Below are positions 30,612 through 40,942 of a DNA stretch of 64,000 nucleotides, one piece after another. This DNA is from Burkholderiaceae bacterium (GTDB taxonomy: Bacteria > Pseudomonadota > Gammaproteobacteria > Burkholderiales > Burkholderiaceae_E). The first letter of the stretch is position 1; each line of letters begins with the position of its first letter. Under the pieces are notes generated by a model. It had not been told where the DNA came from. It saw only the letters and a list, made by a program, of their open reading frames with translations, and did not search any database. The stretch is taken from assembly GCA_039807785.1 (NCBI GenBank), contig JBDHRX010000001.1, positions 51,331 to 115,330 of the forward strand, given 5' to 3'. The position numbers and the translations under genes were made by a program.

Positions 30612-31772
30612 TCAGCGAGCGGCCGCGACGACCCGCTGCGCCGCTTCGGCCATCGTCTCGGCCGAGATGATCGGCAGGGCCGACTCGGCCAGCATCTTGC
30701 GCCCGAGTTCCTCGTTCGTGCCTTTCATCCGCACCACCAGCGGTACCTTCAGCCCCACCGCCCGGCTCGCCGCGATCACGCCCTCGGCGATGACGTCGCA
30801 GCGCATGATGCCGCCGAAGATGTTGACCAGGATCGCCTTCAGGTTCGGGTTGCGCAGCATGATCTTGAACGCCTCGGTGACCTTCTCGGTGGTCGCGCCG
30901 CCGCCCACGTCGAGGAAGTTCGCCGGTTCGCCGCCGAACAGCTTGATCGTGTCCATCGTGGCCATCGCCAGCCCGGCGCCATTGACCAGGCAGCCGATGT
31001 TGCCGTCGAGCTGGATGTAGGCCAGGTCGAACTTCGATGCCTCGATCTCGGCCGGGTCTTCCTCGTCGAGATCGCGCAGCTCGACGAGCTCGGGATGGCG
31101 GTACAGCGCGTTCGCGTCGAAGTTGAGCTTCGCGTCGAGCGCGATCACCTTGCCGTCGCCGGTGAGGATCAGCGGGTTGATCTCGGCGAGCGACGCATCG
31201 GTCTCCCAGAACGCCCGGTACAGGCCCTGCAGGACGGTGCGCGCCTGCGGCAGGCTGGCCTCCGGAATCCCGATCTTGCGCCCCACGTCGTCGCACTCGG
31301 CATCGCCGAGGCCGGCGGCGGGATCGATGAAGACCTTGTGGATCTTCTCCGGCGTCTTCGCGGCGACCTCCTCGATGTCCATGCCGCCCTCGCTCGACGC
31401 CATCAGGCAGACGCGCTGGGTCACGCGGTCGACGACCATGCCGACATAGAGCTCCTTGCGGATGTCGGCGCCCTCCTCGATCAGCAGCCGGCGCACTTTC
31501 TGACCCTCGGGCCCCGTCTGGTGCGTCTTCAGCTGCATCCCCAGGATCTCGCCCGCGAGCGTGCGCACCTCGTCGACCGAGCGCGCGAGCTTCACGCCGC
31601 CGCCCTTGCCCCGGCCGCCCGCGTGGATCTGCGCCTTCACGACCCAGACCGGCCCGCCCAGGGTCTCGGCCGCCTTCACCGCCTCCCCGGCCGAGAAGCA
31701 CGGGATGCCGCGCGGCACGGCGACGCCGTATTTCTTCAGGATCTCCTTGCCCTGGTACTCATGGATCTTCAC
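30612..31772 (-). CDS. sucC: Succinate--CoA ligase beta subunit
   Basis: GTG start, [36 protein letters not shown]. Confidence 0.96.
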   Translation of the reverse strand: MKIHEYQGKEILKKYGVAVPRGIPCFSAGEAVKAAETLGGPVWVVKAQIHAGGRGKGGGVKLARSVDEVRTLAGEILGMQLKTHQTGPEGQKVRRLLIEEGADIRKELYVGMVVDRVTQRVCLMASSEGGMDIEEVAAKTPEKIHKVFIDPAAGLGDAECDDVGRKIGIPEASLPQARTVLQGLYRAFWETDASLAEINPLILTGDGKVIALDAKLNFDANALYRHPELVELRDLDEEDPAEIEASKFDLAYIQLDGNIGCLVNGAGLAMATMDTIKLFGGEPANFLDVGGGATTEKVTEAFKIMLRNPNLKAILVNIFGGIMRCDVIAEGVIAASRAVGLKVPLVVRMKGTNEELGRKMLAESALPIISAETMAEAAQRVVAAAR

Positions 31773-32392
31773 GATCGTTCCTCTGTCGAGACACGGGAAT
31801 TCTGGACCTGCGCGGACGCGGATCCGGGCGCGGGCCCGGGTCGGTGCCAGATCGGGAAATGCTGCCGGACCACCGGCCCGTCGCTGCGCCATGCATGGCA
31901 GCGATCGAGCGTGAACGGACGCTGCGGCGCGCCGTTGCGGTCGTCCTCGAGATATTGCTGCCAGCGCTCGTCGGCCATGGCCTGGATCGCCGCGGTGGGA
32001 AGCAGTTGCGCCAGCTCGTTCAGGTGCGTGCAGCCGGCGACGCCGCCCAGCCGCTCGGCAATCCCGGCCCGGAACCCGCGCAGCAGGTTCAGGCCGACCA
32101 AGCGCCGGTAGTCGGCGCTGATCTGGTCGCACACGCCCCGGTACGGCACCGACTCGGAGACCGCGACCGCGCCCAGCACCTCGCCCTGGGCGTCGAATGT
32201 GAGCCGCAGGCGCATCAGGTGCACCGGCTCGCCCCCGGGGCGCACGCCGCTCGCCAGCGTCATGTCGCGCGGCTTCACATCGACGAGTTCGGCCTCGAGG
32301 TCCCAGGCGCCGTCGGTGCGGCGAAAGGCGTCGATACGCACCGATCGCGTATGCATCGGCGTACGTGGGCAATCGGGCGCGGGCAGGGGCAT
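31769..32392 (-). CDS. DUF2889-like protein
   Basis: [31 protein letters not shown]; stop overlaps the sucC start. Confidence 0.75.
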   Translation of the reverse strand: MPLPAPDCPRTPMHTRSVRIDAFRRTDGAWDLEAELVDVKPRDMTLASGVRPGGEPVHLMRLRLTFDAQGEVLGAVAVSESVPYRGVCDQISADYRRLVGLNLLRGFRAGIAERLGGVAGCTHLNELAQLLPTAAIQAMADERWQQYLEDDRNGAPQRPFTLDRCHAWRSDGPVVRQHFPIWHRPGPAPGSASAQVQNSRVSTEERS

Positions 32393-32545
32393 GCTTGCGG
32401 GATGGGCTCGGCGAGTCCGGCCAACACGGCCACAGGCGGAAAGCGTTGGAGTTTAACACGCACCCCCAGGGCGATTCCGGGGCGCGGCACCCGCGAATTC
32501 CGGGAACCGGGACATGGCGCCGGAGCATTCAGCCCGGCGGAGAAT

Positions 32546-33049
32546 TCAGTCCTCGTCGTCCGCCGCGCGCAGCACGCGACGCACCGTCTCGGCGGAGAAT
32601 CCCCGCGCCAGCAGGAAGCGGGTCTGGCGCGCGCGCTCGGCGAGCGTCTCGGGCAGTGCGCCGAAGCGGCGCTCGCGAACGGCGCCGGCGCGTGCGAACT
32701 CGGTATCGGCCAGCGCCGCGACATGCGCCTGGATCAGGCCTTCGTCGAGGCCATGCCGGCGCATCTCGTGGCGGATGGTCGCGCTGCCGTGGCGCCCGGC
32801 GCGGCGATGCACCAGGGATTCGGCGAACCGCTCCTCGGAGAGCAATCGCGCCGCCGCGAGATCGTCGAGCAGCGCCTCGATCTCTCCGGCGTGCTCCGCG
32901 TGCGGCGCGAGCTTGCGCGCGAGTTCGGAGCGACTGTGCTCGCGACGGGCCAGCAGGCGCAGCGCCCGTGCCCTCAGCGACGGCCCCGGAGGGCGCGGCG
33001 CATCGGCATCGCGGGGCGCGCCGCGCCCCGCGCGCGGCGGCGGCTTCAG
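32546..33049 (-). CDS. recX: Recombination regulator RecX (probable CTG start overlapping the recA stop)
   Basis: [37 protein letters not shown]; the conserved N-terminus lies upstream of the first canonical start (TTG 32845). Confidence 0.82.
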   Translation of the reverse strand: MKPPPRAGRGAPRDADAPRPPGPSLRARALRLLARREHSRSELARKLAPHAEHAGEIEALLDDLAAARLLSEERFAESLVHRRAGRHGSATIRHEMRRHGLDEGLIQAHVAALADTEFARAGAVRERRFGALPETLAERARQTRFLLARGFSAETVRRVLRAADDED

Positions 33050-34104
33050 GCGGCAGCCTCGTCGGGCGTCGTACCCCGGGCAGCCACCCCGAAGTGCGCA
33101 CGGACCTTGTTCTCGATCTCGAGCGCGAGCTCGGGATGCTCACGCAGGAACTCGCGCGCATTGTCCTTGCCCTGGCCCACGCGCTCGCCGCCATAGCTGT
33201 ACCAGGCACCGCTCTTCTCGACGACGTTGCAGGAGGCACCCAGATCGAGGATCTCGCCCTCGCGCGACGTACCTTCGCCGTAGAGGATGTCGAACTCGGC
33301 CGTCTTGAACGGCGGGGCGACCTTGTTCTTGACCACCTTCACCCGGGTCTCGCTGCCGATGACCTCGTCGCCCTTCTTGATCGACCCGGTGCGGCGGATG
33401 TCGAGTCGCACCGAGGCGTAGAACTTCAGCGCGTTGCCGCCGGTGGTCGTTTCCGGGTTGCCGAACATGACGCCGATCTTCATGCGGATCTGGTTGATGA
33501 AGATGACCATCGTGTTGGTCCGGCTGATCGTTCCGGTGAGCTTGCGCAACGCCTGCGACATCAGCCGCGCATGCAGGCCGGGCAGCGAATCGCCCATCTC
33601 GCCCTCGATCTCGGCCTTCGGCGTGAGCGCGGCGACCGAGTCGACGACGATCAGGTCGACCGAGCCGGAGCGGACCAGCGCATCGGTGATCTCGAGGGCC
33701 TGCTCGCCGGTATCGGGCTGCGAGACCAGCAGGTTCTCGAGATCGACGCCGAGCTTGGCCGCGTACTGGACGTCGAGCGCATGCTCGGCGTCGATGAACG
33801 CGCAGGTGCCGCCCAGCTTCTGCATCTCGGCGATGACCTGCAGCGTCAGCGTGGTCTTGCCCGAGGATTCGGGGCCGTAGATCTCGACGACGCGCCCGCG
33901 CGGCAACCCGCCCACGCCCAGCGCGATGTCGAGCCCGAGGGAACCGGTGGAGACGACCTGGATGTCGCGCGTCACGTCGGCATCGGAGAGCTTCATGACG
34001 GAGCCCTTGCCGAACTGCTTCTCGATCTGGGCGAGCGCCGCGGACAGGGCCTTGGCGCGTTCGGTCTTGGATTTTGCGTCGTCCATCTTGATCACTTTGT
34101 CCAT
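33046..34104 (-). CDS. recA: Recombinase RecA
   Basis: [33 protein letters not shown]. Confidence 0.98.
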   Translation of the reverse strand: MDKVIKMDDAKSKTERAKALSAALAQIEKQFGKGSVMKLSDADVTRDIQVVSTGSLGLDIALGVGGLPRGRVVEIYGPESSGKTTLTLQVIAEMQKLGGTCAFIDAEHALDVQYAAKLGVDLENLLVSQPDTGEQALEITDALVRSGSVDLIVVDSVAALTPKAEIEGEMGDSLPGLHARLMSQALRKLTGTISRTNTMVIFINQIRMKIGVMFGNPETTTGGNALKFYASVRLDIRRTGSIKKGDEVIGSETRVKVVKNKVAPPFKTAEFDILYGEGTSREGEILDLGASCNVVEKSGAWYSYGGERVGQGKDNAREFLREHPELALEIENKVRAHFGVAARGTTPDEAAA

Positions 34105-34140
34105 GGCTGGCCTTGTCCGGTGGCGAGGAAATCGAGCCGG

Positions 34141-34173
34141 ATTATGGCACAGGAATACTGTATAAACAATCAG
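34141..34173 (-). promoter_or_regulatory. recA promoter with LexA (SOS) box
   Basis: CTGTATAAACAATCAG (34158-34173, CTG-N10-CAG) overlapping TTGTTT-17-CATAAT on the minus strand. Confidence 0.8.
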
Positions 34174-34718
34174 CTATTCGTTCTAGGCCGGTCGCCCGGA
34201 TCCCCCGGACGGCCGGGCAACAGGCGCCAGGCGCCGCGCAGCGCGTGCAGCGCGGCGGCGCGCCGCACCGCCGCCCGGTCGCCCGCGAAATGCACGGTCT
34301 CGACCACCGGCGCGGCATCGATCGCCGCCCACCCGAAGCAGACCGTCCCGACCGGCTTGCCCGGCGTCGCGCCGCCGGGGCCGGCGATGCCGGTGACCGC
34401 CAGCGCGAGCTGGGCGCGGCTGCGCTCGAGCGCGCCTCCGGCCATCTGCGCGGCGACCGCCTCGCTGACCGCGCCGGCCGTCGCCAGCGTCTCGGCGGAC
34501 ACCCCGAGCAGGTCGACCTTGGACGGATTGCTGTAGGTCACGAAGCCGCGCTCGAACCAGGCGCTCGAGCCCCCCACCTCGGTCAGCGCGCGCGCGATCG
34601 CGCCGCCGGTGCAGGACTCGGCCGTGGCGATCGTCCATCCGCAGGCGCCCAGCGCGCGCCCGAGCGCGAGCGCGGCCTCGACCACCTCGGGCAGCCGATC
34701 GGCATCGGCCGTCGTCAT
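34170..34718 (-). CDS. pncC: CinA/PncC family nicotinamide-nucleotide amidohydrolase
   Basis: [37 protein letters not shown]. Confidence 0.87.
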   Translation of the reverse strand: MTTADADRLPEVVEAALALGRALGACGWTIATAESCTGGAIARALTEVGGSSAWFERGFVTYSNPSKVDLLGVSAETLATAGAVSEAVAAQMAGGALERSRAQLALAVTGIAGPGGATPGKPVGTVCFGWAAIDAAPVVETVHFAGDRAAVRRAAALHALRGAWRLLPGRPGDPGDRPRTNS

Positions 34719-34797
34719 CGCATGCCTCTCCTCGCGGTCCTCGCGGGCCGGACCCCGGCGCCGTCGACCCCGATCGTACACATGGCGGGAGACACCG

Positions 34798-35307
34798 TCA
34801 GCGATACCAGAGCGCGAACACCAGCAGCGTGTAGAAAGCCGCCAGCAGGTCGTCGAACATGACCCCGAACCCGTTCTTCAACCGTCCGTCGTAGTAGCGG
34901 ATCGGCGGCGGCTTGGTGATGTCGAACAGGCGGAACAGCAGGAACGCCGCCAGCTGCGCGCCCAGGCCGCCCGGGACCACCAGCAGGACCAGCCAGAAGG
35001 CGACGATCTCGTCCCAGACGATGGCCCCGTGATCGGCGACGCCGAGGTCGCGCGCGGTCTTGCCGCAGGCCCAGATCCCGAGCGCGAAACCGGCCACGAT
35101 CAGCGCCGCCCACGCCTGCGGGGGCAGCCAGCGGTCGAGCACGACGAATGCCAGCCAGGCCCAGAGCGTGCCGACGGTGCCGGGCGCGCGCGGCGCCAGG
35201 CCGCTGCCGAACCCGAGCGCGATCAGCCGGGACAGCCGGCGACACATGAAGCGCGCGTCCGGGCGCACCGGCCCGGCGTCGCGCTCAGGCGAAGTGGTCG
35301 AAGCCAT
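34798..35307 (-). CDS. pgpA: Phosphatidylglycerophosphatase A
   Basis: [37 protein letters not shown]. Confidence 0.92.
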   Translation of the reverse strand: MASTTSPERDAGPVRPDARFMCRRLSRLIALGFGSGLAPRAPGTVGTLWAWLAFVVLDRWLPPQAWAALIVAGFALGIWACGKTARDLGVADHGAIVWDEIVAFWLVLLVVPGGLGAQLAAFLLFRLFDITKPPPIRYYDGRLKNGFGVMFDDLLAAFYTLLVFALWYR

Positions 35308-36241
35308 GTCCGTCCACCGTCACCGGTCGGCCGCGCGCGTCGCGGACCCGCAGCCCCGCGCCGGCGACGATGCGGCCGATGCGCGCCAGCGGAATGCCGA
35401 GGCGCGCGCCGATGGCCTCGATCGCACGGCGGTTCTCGACCGCGGCGCTGAAGAGCAGCTCGTAGTCGTCGCCGCCGGCCAGCGCGAGCTGCCGGCGCAG
35501 CGCTTCCGGCAGCTCGTCCAGCAGCGGATCGACCGGCACCGCCGGCCAGTCGATCTCGGCGCCCACCCGGGAACGATCGAGCACATGGCCGAGGTCGCCC
35601 AGCAGGCCGTCGGAAACGTCGATGGCGGCGCGCGCGACGTGCCGCAGCGACAGCCCGAGCGCCACGCGCGGCTCGGGGCGGTCGAGGCGCAGGCGGCCCG
35701 GGTCCCCGGCCGGCAGCGGCCTGCCCTGCGCGAGCGCATGCACGGCGCGCGCGGCGGCCCCCAGCGTCCCGGAGACCCAGAGATCGTCGTCGGGCTGCGC
35801 GGCGTCGCGCCGCAGCGCGGCCTCGGGCGGCACGTCCCCGAACACCGTGATGCAGACGGCCAGCGCGCCGCGCGTGGTATCGCCGCCGACCAGCTCGCAG
35901 CCATGGCGGTCGGCGATCGCGAACAGCCCGGTCCGGAACCCGTCGAGCCAACCCTCGTCCGCCGCAGGTAGGGCCAGCGCGAGGGTGAAGGCGCGCGGCC
36001 GCGCCCCCATCGCGGCGAGGTCGGACAGGTTCACCGCCAGCGCCTTGTGCCCGATCGATGCCGGGTCGTCGCCGGCGAGGAAGTGCCGCCCGGCCAGCAG
36101 CAGGTCGGTGGAGACGGCGAACCCGCCGCCGCGATCCGGCGCCGCCAGCAGCGCGCAATCGTCGCCGATGCCGAGGATCGCCTCGCGCGCCGGCCCGCGG
36201 TCGAAGAACCGCGCGATCAGTTCGAACTCGCCGAGCGGCAT
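35285..36241 (-). CDS. thiL: Thiamine-monophosphate kinase
   Basis: GIGDDCA, NLSDLAAMG, GGDTT, IDVSDGL, GGDDYEL. Confidence 0.93.
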   Translation of the reverse strand: MPLGEFELIARFFDRGPAREAILGIGDDCALLAAPDRGGGFAVSTDLLLAGRHFLAGDDPASIGHKALAVNLSDLAAMGARPRAFTLALALPAADEGWLDGFRTGLFAIADRHGCELVGGDTTRGALAVCITVFGDVPPEAALRRDAAQPDDDLWVSGTLGAAARAVHALAQGRPLPAGDPGRLRLDRPEPRVALGLSLRHVARAAIDVSDGLLGDLGHVLDRSRVGAEIDWPAVPVDPLLDELPEALRRQLALAGGDDYELLFSAAVENRRAIEAIGARLGIPLARIGRIVAGAGLRVRDARGRPVTVDGHGFDHFA

Positions 36242-36269
36242 GATCTCCGGGCGCGCCTGGCGACGGCGT

Positions 36270-36734
36270 TCAGCCGCGGACCGGTGCCTCGTGCGGCCGG
36301 GCGCGCGCGGCGACGCGATCGAGCACGCCGTTGACGTACTTGTACCCGTCCGTTCCGCCGTAGGTCTTCGCCAGCTCGACCGCCTCGTTGATCACGACGC
36401 GGTAGGGAACCTCCGGCATCCGCAGCAGCTCGAAGGTTCCGAGCAGCAGCACGCCGTGCTCCACCGGGCTGAGCTCGCCGACCGGGCGATCCAGGTTCGG
36501 CGCGATCAGCGCATCGATCTCCGCGCAGGCCGAGATCGTGCCGTGCAGCAGCGCCTCGAAATGCTCGAAGTCGGCCTTCTCGAAGCCCGGCGTTTCGGTC
36601 AGGTGAGCCTGGATCGCACCAGGATCCTCATGCGACATCAGCCATTGGTACAGGCCCTGCAAGGCCAGCTCGCGCGCGCGCCGGCGGGCGCTCTTCGGCG
36701 GGGTACCCCGCCCCTTGCCGGGCTCGGGCTTCAA
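36270..36734 (-). CDS. nusB: Transcription antitermination factor NusB
   Basis: [33 protein letters not shown]. Confidence 0.93.
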   Translation of the reverse strand: MKPEPGKGRGTPPKSARRRARELALQGLYQWLMSHEDPGAIQAHLTETPGFEKADFEHFEALLHGTISACAEIDALIAPNLDRPVGELSPVEHGVLLLGTFELLRMPEVPYRVVINEAVELAKTYGGTDGYKYVNGVLDRVAARARPHEAPVRG

Positions 36735-37315
36735 TGCCGCGCCTTGCCGCCGCGAGGACTCCGGGCGGGCCGATCGTCCTCGTCCTCGTCGTCCTCGTCG
36801 TCGTCCTCGTCATCCTCGTGATCGTGGTCGTCCTCATCGTCCTCGTCGCCGGCGAGGCCGGACAGCGAGGAGGCGAGGTTCGCCATCTCGACCGCGACCC
36901 GCGCCGCGTCGGCGCCCTTCTCGCCGGCGCGCGCCGCCGCCTGCTCGTCGGTCTCGGTGGTGAGCACCGCATTGGCGACGGGCAGGTTGAAGTCCAGCGC
37001 GACGCGCGCGATGCCCGCCGCGCTCTCGTTGGACACGACCTCGAAATGGTAGGTCTCGCCGCGGACCACGGCCCCCAGGGCGATCAGCGCGTCGAACTCG
37101 CCCGAGGCCGCGAGCTGCTGGAGCACCACCGGGATCTCGAGGGCACCCGGCACGGTGCAGACGAACACGTCCTCCGGCCCGACGCCGAGCTCGACCAGTT
37201 CCGCGAGGCAGGCATCGCGCAACGCTTCGCAGACCACCTGGTTGAATCGTGCCTGCACCACTCCGATGCGCAGCCCCGCGCCGTCCAGGTCGGACTGAAA
37301 TACTTCGATCTGCAT
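36731..37315 (-). CDS. ribH: 6,7-dimethyl-8-ribityllumazine synthase with acidic C-terminal tail
   Basis: [21 protein letters not shown]. Confidence 0.93.
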   Translation of the reverse strand: MQIEVFQSDLDGAGLRIGVVQARFNQVVCEALRDACLAELVELGVGPEDVFVCTVPGALEIPVVLQQLAASGEFDALIALGAVVRGETYHFEVVSNESAAGIARVALDFNLPVANAVLTTETDEQAAARAGEKGADAARVAVEMANLASSLSGLAGDEDDEDDHDHEDDEDDDEDDEDEDDRPARSPRGGKARH

Positions 37316-37318
37316 CGC

Positions 37319-38437
37319 CTACTCCCGGTTGCCCGGCTCGAAGCCGGAGACTTCGAGGTCGAAGCCGGTCATGCTGGGCATCTTGCGGGGCTGGGACAGC
37401 AGGCGCATGCGCCCGACCCCGAGATCCTTGAGGATCTGCGCCCCGATCCCGTAGGTGCGCAGGTCCATCTTGCCGCTGCGGCGGTGGGCGCTGGCCTGCG
37501 CGTCGTGGTCGCAGGCCGCCTCGAGCTGCGTGAACAGGGCGTCGGCGGGCTGCGCGCAATTCAGCAGCACCGCGACGCCGCTGTCCTCGGCCGCGATCGC
37601 CGACAGGGCCCGCTCGAGCGGCCACGAGTGGGTCGCCGACCCGACCTCGATCAGATCGAGCACCGACAGCGGCTCATGCACCCGCACCAGCGTCTCGCGC
37701 GCCGGATCGACGATCCCGCGAACCAGCGCCAGGTGCGGCGAACCGGCCGCGGTGTCGCGGTAGGCGAGCATCCGGAACGGCCCCCAGCGGGTCTCGATCT
37801 CGCGTTCCGACACCCGCTCGATCAGGCTCTCGTGGGCGCTGCGGTACTGGATCAGGTCGGCGATCGCGCCGATCTTGAGTTCGTGGCGGGCCGCGAACTC
37901 GATCAGGTCGGGCAGCCGCGCCATCGTCCCGTCGTCCTTCAGGATCTCGCAGATCACCGCGGCCGGCGTCAGTCCGGCGAGCCGCGCGAGATCGCAGCCG
38001 GCCTCGGTATGGCCGGCGCGCATCAGCACGCCGCCGCGCTGCGCCATCAACGGAAAGATGTGCCCGGGCTGGACGAGGTCGGCCGGCCGGGCATGGCGCG
38101 CCACCGCCGCCTGGACGGTGCGCGCCCGGTCGGCCGCCGAGATGCCGGTGGACACGCCTTCGGCCGCCTCGATCGAGACGGTGAAGTTCGTGCCGTGCCG
38201 GGTGCCGTTGCTGGTCACCATCAACGGCAGCGCCAGCTGGCGGCAGCGGTCCTCGGTCAGCGTGAGGCAGATCAGCCCCCGGCCGAAGCGCGCCATGAAG
38301 TTGATCGCCGCCGGAGTGACGAAATCGGCGGCGAGCACCAGGTCGCCCTCGTTCTCGCGGTCTTCCTCGTCGACGAGGATCACCATCCGGCCGGCGGCGA
38401 GCTCGGCGATGATTTCGGGCGTGCTGGCAAGTGTCAT
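37319..38437 (-). CDS. ribB: DHBP synthase fused to a degenerate GTP cyclohydrolase II domain (RibBX-type)
   Basis: [17 protein letters not shown]; the C-terminal domain lacks the CxxxGD..CDC zinc motif. Confidence 0.88.
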   Translation of the reverse strand: MTLASTPEIIAELAAGRMVILVDEEDRENEGDLVLAADFVTPAAINFMARFGRGLICLTLTEDRCRQLALPLMVTSNGTRHGTNFTVSIEAAEGVSTGISAADRARTVQAAVARHARPADLVQPGHIFPLMAQRGGVLMRAGHTEAGCDLARLAGLTPAAVICEILKDDGTMARLPDLIEFAARHELKIGAIADLIQYRSAHESLIERVSEREIETRWGPFRMLAYRDTAAGSPHLALVRGIVDPARETLVRVHEPLSVLDLIEVGSATHSWPLERALSAIAAEDSGVAVLLNCAQPADALFTQLEAACDHDAQASAHRRSGKMDLRTYGIGAQILKDLGVGRMRLLSQPRKMPSMTGFDLEVSGFEPGNRE

Positions 38438-38517
38438 GCGCGCATTTTACGCCGCGCGGACGGCCGCCACCGCCGGACGGCGGCCGCCCCGTCCCGCGCC
38501 GCTGCGATACTGCCGGG

Positions 38518-39012
38518 ATGATCGACCCGCAGGACCTCCAGAGCTACCGCCGGATCGAGACGCGCGGCGAGGCGCGCGCCGCCTTCGACGGCCTGGTCGC
38601 GCGCGCGCAGCGCTCGGTGCGCATCGCGGACGTCCGGGGGGATTTCTACGGATTCGAACGCAAGGTCTTCGCCGAGGCGCTCGAGGCCCTGCTCTCCCGC
38701 TCCCGGGACGCCGCCGTCGAGCTGGTGCTCCACGACGCCTCGTTCGTCGAGCGTCACTGCCCGCGCGTGGTCGCGCTGCTGCGCCGGCGCTGGCCCAGGC
38801 TGCGCGTGCTGCGCAGCGACCCCTCGGTGCGCGAATATCCGCGCGGCTTCGCGCTGGTCGACGAGTGCGTGGTCCTGCGCCGGCCGCACCACGATAGCGC
38901 ACTGACCTTCGTCGACTTCGACGAAGGCGCGGTCTCGGAGGCGCGGACCCTGCTCGACGAACTCGCCGCCGGCGCGACGGTCGCGATCGGTCCGAGCACG
39001 ACCGGGCTCTGA
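38518..39012 (+). CDS. Hypothetical protein
   Basis: 164-aa ORF with coding-like composition, divergent from ribB; GATACT 6 nt before the ATG. Confidence 0.65.
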   Translation: MIDPQDLQSYRRIETRGEARAAFDGLVARAQRSVRIADVRGDFYGFERKVFAEALEALLSRSRDAAVELVLHDASFVERHCPRVVALLRRRWPRLRVLRSDPSVREYPRGFALVDECVVLRRPHHDSALTFVDFDEGAVSEARTLLDELAAGATVAIGPSTTGL

Positions 39013-39054
39013 GACCCGTTCACGGCGCGATCGTCGCCGCGCGTGCCGGCGCCG

Positions 39055-39672
39055 TCAGCGCGCGGCGCCGGGCACGCCCAGCATGCGCTCGACGTAGCGG
39101 GCGATCAGGTCGATCTCGAGGTTCACGGCATGGCCGGCCTTCAGGCGCCCGAGCGTGGTGGCCGCGATCGTGTGCGGAATCAGGTTGATCTCGAACTCGG
39201 CCCCGCCCGGAACGTCGGTGACGCGGTTCACGGTCAGGCTGGTGCCGTTCACGGTGACCGACCCCTTGTAGGCCAGGTACTTCGCCAGCCCGGCCGGGGC
39301 GCGCAGCACCAGCCGCCACGACTCGCCCACCGGCTCGAACGACACCACCGCGCCGAGCCCGTCCACATGGCCCGAGACCAGGTGCCCGCCGATCCGGTCG
39401 TCGAGCCGCATCGCCTTCTCGAGGTTGACCTCGCCCTCGCGGTCGAGCCCGCAGGTCCGGGCCAGGCTTTCCCGGGACACCTCGACCACGAAACGTCGTC
39501 CGTCGATGCGCGTCGCGGTCATGCAGGCACCCTGGATCGCGATCGAGTCGCCCGGCGCCACGTCCGCCAGGTCCAGCCCGGCGGCGTCGATGGTCAGGCG
39601 CACGCCCGCGTCGGCGCCGAGGGACTCGACGCGCTCGATCCGGCCGACGGCCGCCACGATGCCGGTGAACAT
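39055..39672 (-). CDS. ribE: Riboflavin synthase (alpha chain)
   Basis: MFTGIV, GDSIA..GACMT, VNLEKA, GGHLVSGHVD. Confidence 0.93.
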   Translation of the reverse strand: MFTGIVAAVGRIERVESLGADAGVRLTIDAAGLDLADVAPGDSIAIQGACMTATRIDGRRFVVEVSRESLARTCGLDREGEVNLEKAMRLDDRIGGHLVSGHVDGLGAVVSFEPVGESWRLVLRAPAGLAKYLAYKGSVTVNGTSLTVNRVTDVPGGAEFEINLIPHTIAATTLGRLKAGHAVNLEIDLIARYVERMLGVPGAAR

Positions 39673-39675
39673 GCT

Positions 39676-40776
39676 TCAGGCTCCCTTGTCGAATCGCGCC
39701 CGCAGGCGCAGGTCGTCCCCGATCCGGTCGACCGACTGCCAGTGCAGGACGATGCGCGCATCCAGGGTTCCGGGCGGCGCCAGGTCCGCCAGCCCGGTCG
39801 TATCGCCGAGCAGCGTCGGCGCCATGTAGACCAGCAGCTCGTCGACGCAGCCCTCGCGCAGCAGCGATCCGTTGAGCCGGTGGCCGGCCTCGACATGGAG
39901 CTCGTTGACGCCGCGCCGCGCGAGTTCGCGCAGCAGCGCCGGCAGGTCGACCTTGCCGCGGGCGCCCGCGAGCGTGACCACCTCGCAGCCGAGCTCCTCG
40001 AGCGCCGCGGTCTTGGCCACGCGCGCTTCCGGCGCGACCGCACAGGCCACCAGCGTGCTGCCGCCCTCGAGGATCCGCGCCGCCGGATTGACCTCGAAAC
40101 GCGCGTCGACCAGCACGCGCAGCGGTTGCCGCGACGCCTGGACGTGGCGGACGGTGAGCTGCGGATCGTCGTCCCTGACCGTCCCGATGCCGGTGAGGAT
40201 CGCGCAGGCGCGGGCGCGCCAGGCGTGGCCGTCGGCCCGCGCCGCCTCGCCGGTGATCCATTGGCTGCGGCCATCCGGCAGCGCGGTGCGGCCATCCAGG
40301 CTCGCGGCGACCTTGAGCCGCACCCAGGGCTGGCCGCGCGTCATGCGCGAGACGAAGCCGATGTTCAGCTCGCGCGCCTCCTGCTGCAGCAGGCCGCAGC
40401 GCACGTCGATGCCGGCCGCCCGCAGCCGCGCCAGGCCCGCACCGTTGACCGCCGGATTCGGATCCTCCATCGCAGCGACCACGCGCGCGACGCGCGCCTC
40501 GACCAGTGCGTCGATGCAGGGTGGCGTGCGGCCGTGATGGCTGCACGGCTCGAGGGTCACGTAGACGGTGGCCCCGCGCCCCCGCGCGCCGGCCTGCGCC
40601 AGCGCGAGCGCCTCGGCATGCGGCTCGCCCGCGCGCCGGTGCCAGCCTTCGCCGACGATCGCGTTCTCGCGCACCACCACGCAGCCCACGCGCGGATTCG
40701 GCGTCGCCGTCGCGAGCCCGAGCTCGCCAAGCTGCAGCGCCCGCTGCATGAAATCATGATCGGCCGGAGTGAACAT
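39676..40776 (-). CDS. ribD: Riboflavin biosynthesis deaminase/reductase
   Basis: PNPRVG, HAE, TLEPCSHHGRTPPC, ASLDGR. Confidence 0.95.
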   Translation of the reverse strand: MFTPADHDFMQRALQLGELGLATATPNPRVGCVVVRENAIVGEGWHRRAGEPHAEALALAQAGARGRGATVYVTLEPCSHHGRTPPCIDALVEARVARVVAAMEDPNPAVNGAGLARLRAAGIDVRCGLLQQEARELNIGFVSRMTRGQPWVRLKVAASLDGRTALPDGRSQWITGEAARADGHAWRARACAILTGIGTVRDDDPQLTVRHVQASRQPLRVLVDARFEVNPAARILEGGSTLVACAVAPEARVAKTAALEELGCEVVTLAGARGKVDLPALLRELARRGVNELHVEAGHRLNGSLLREGCVDELLVYMAPTLLGDTTGLADLAPPGTLDARIVLHWQSVDRIGDDLRLRARFDKGA

Positions 40777-40806
40777 CGCCCGGCATTATCGCCCGAAGCG
40801 CGTGCG

Positions 40807-40900
40807 GCATCGACGCGCGCCGCCCGATCTGGGCCGCCGCCGGGCTCGGGCGCAGCGGCCGGTGGGGCGCGGCGTCGCGCACCGCGGCGACCGCGGCGAG
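40807..40900. repeat. Inverted repeat copy A (reverse complement of 41459-41552)
   Basis: 40822-40889 is the exact reverse complement of 41470-41537 (68 nt); the extended 94-nt match has 5 mismatches. Confidence 0.9.
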
Positions 40901-40942
40901 TGCCGTGGTCTAGAATCCCCGGGCTCGACCAAGGAGATTCTC

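Noticed and set aside
38438-38517. FMN riboswitch upstream of rib genes
   Set aside because: The region is too short, lacks the aptamer consensus and looks leaderless.
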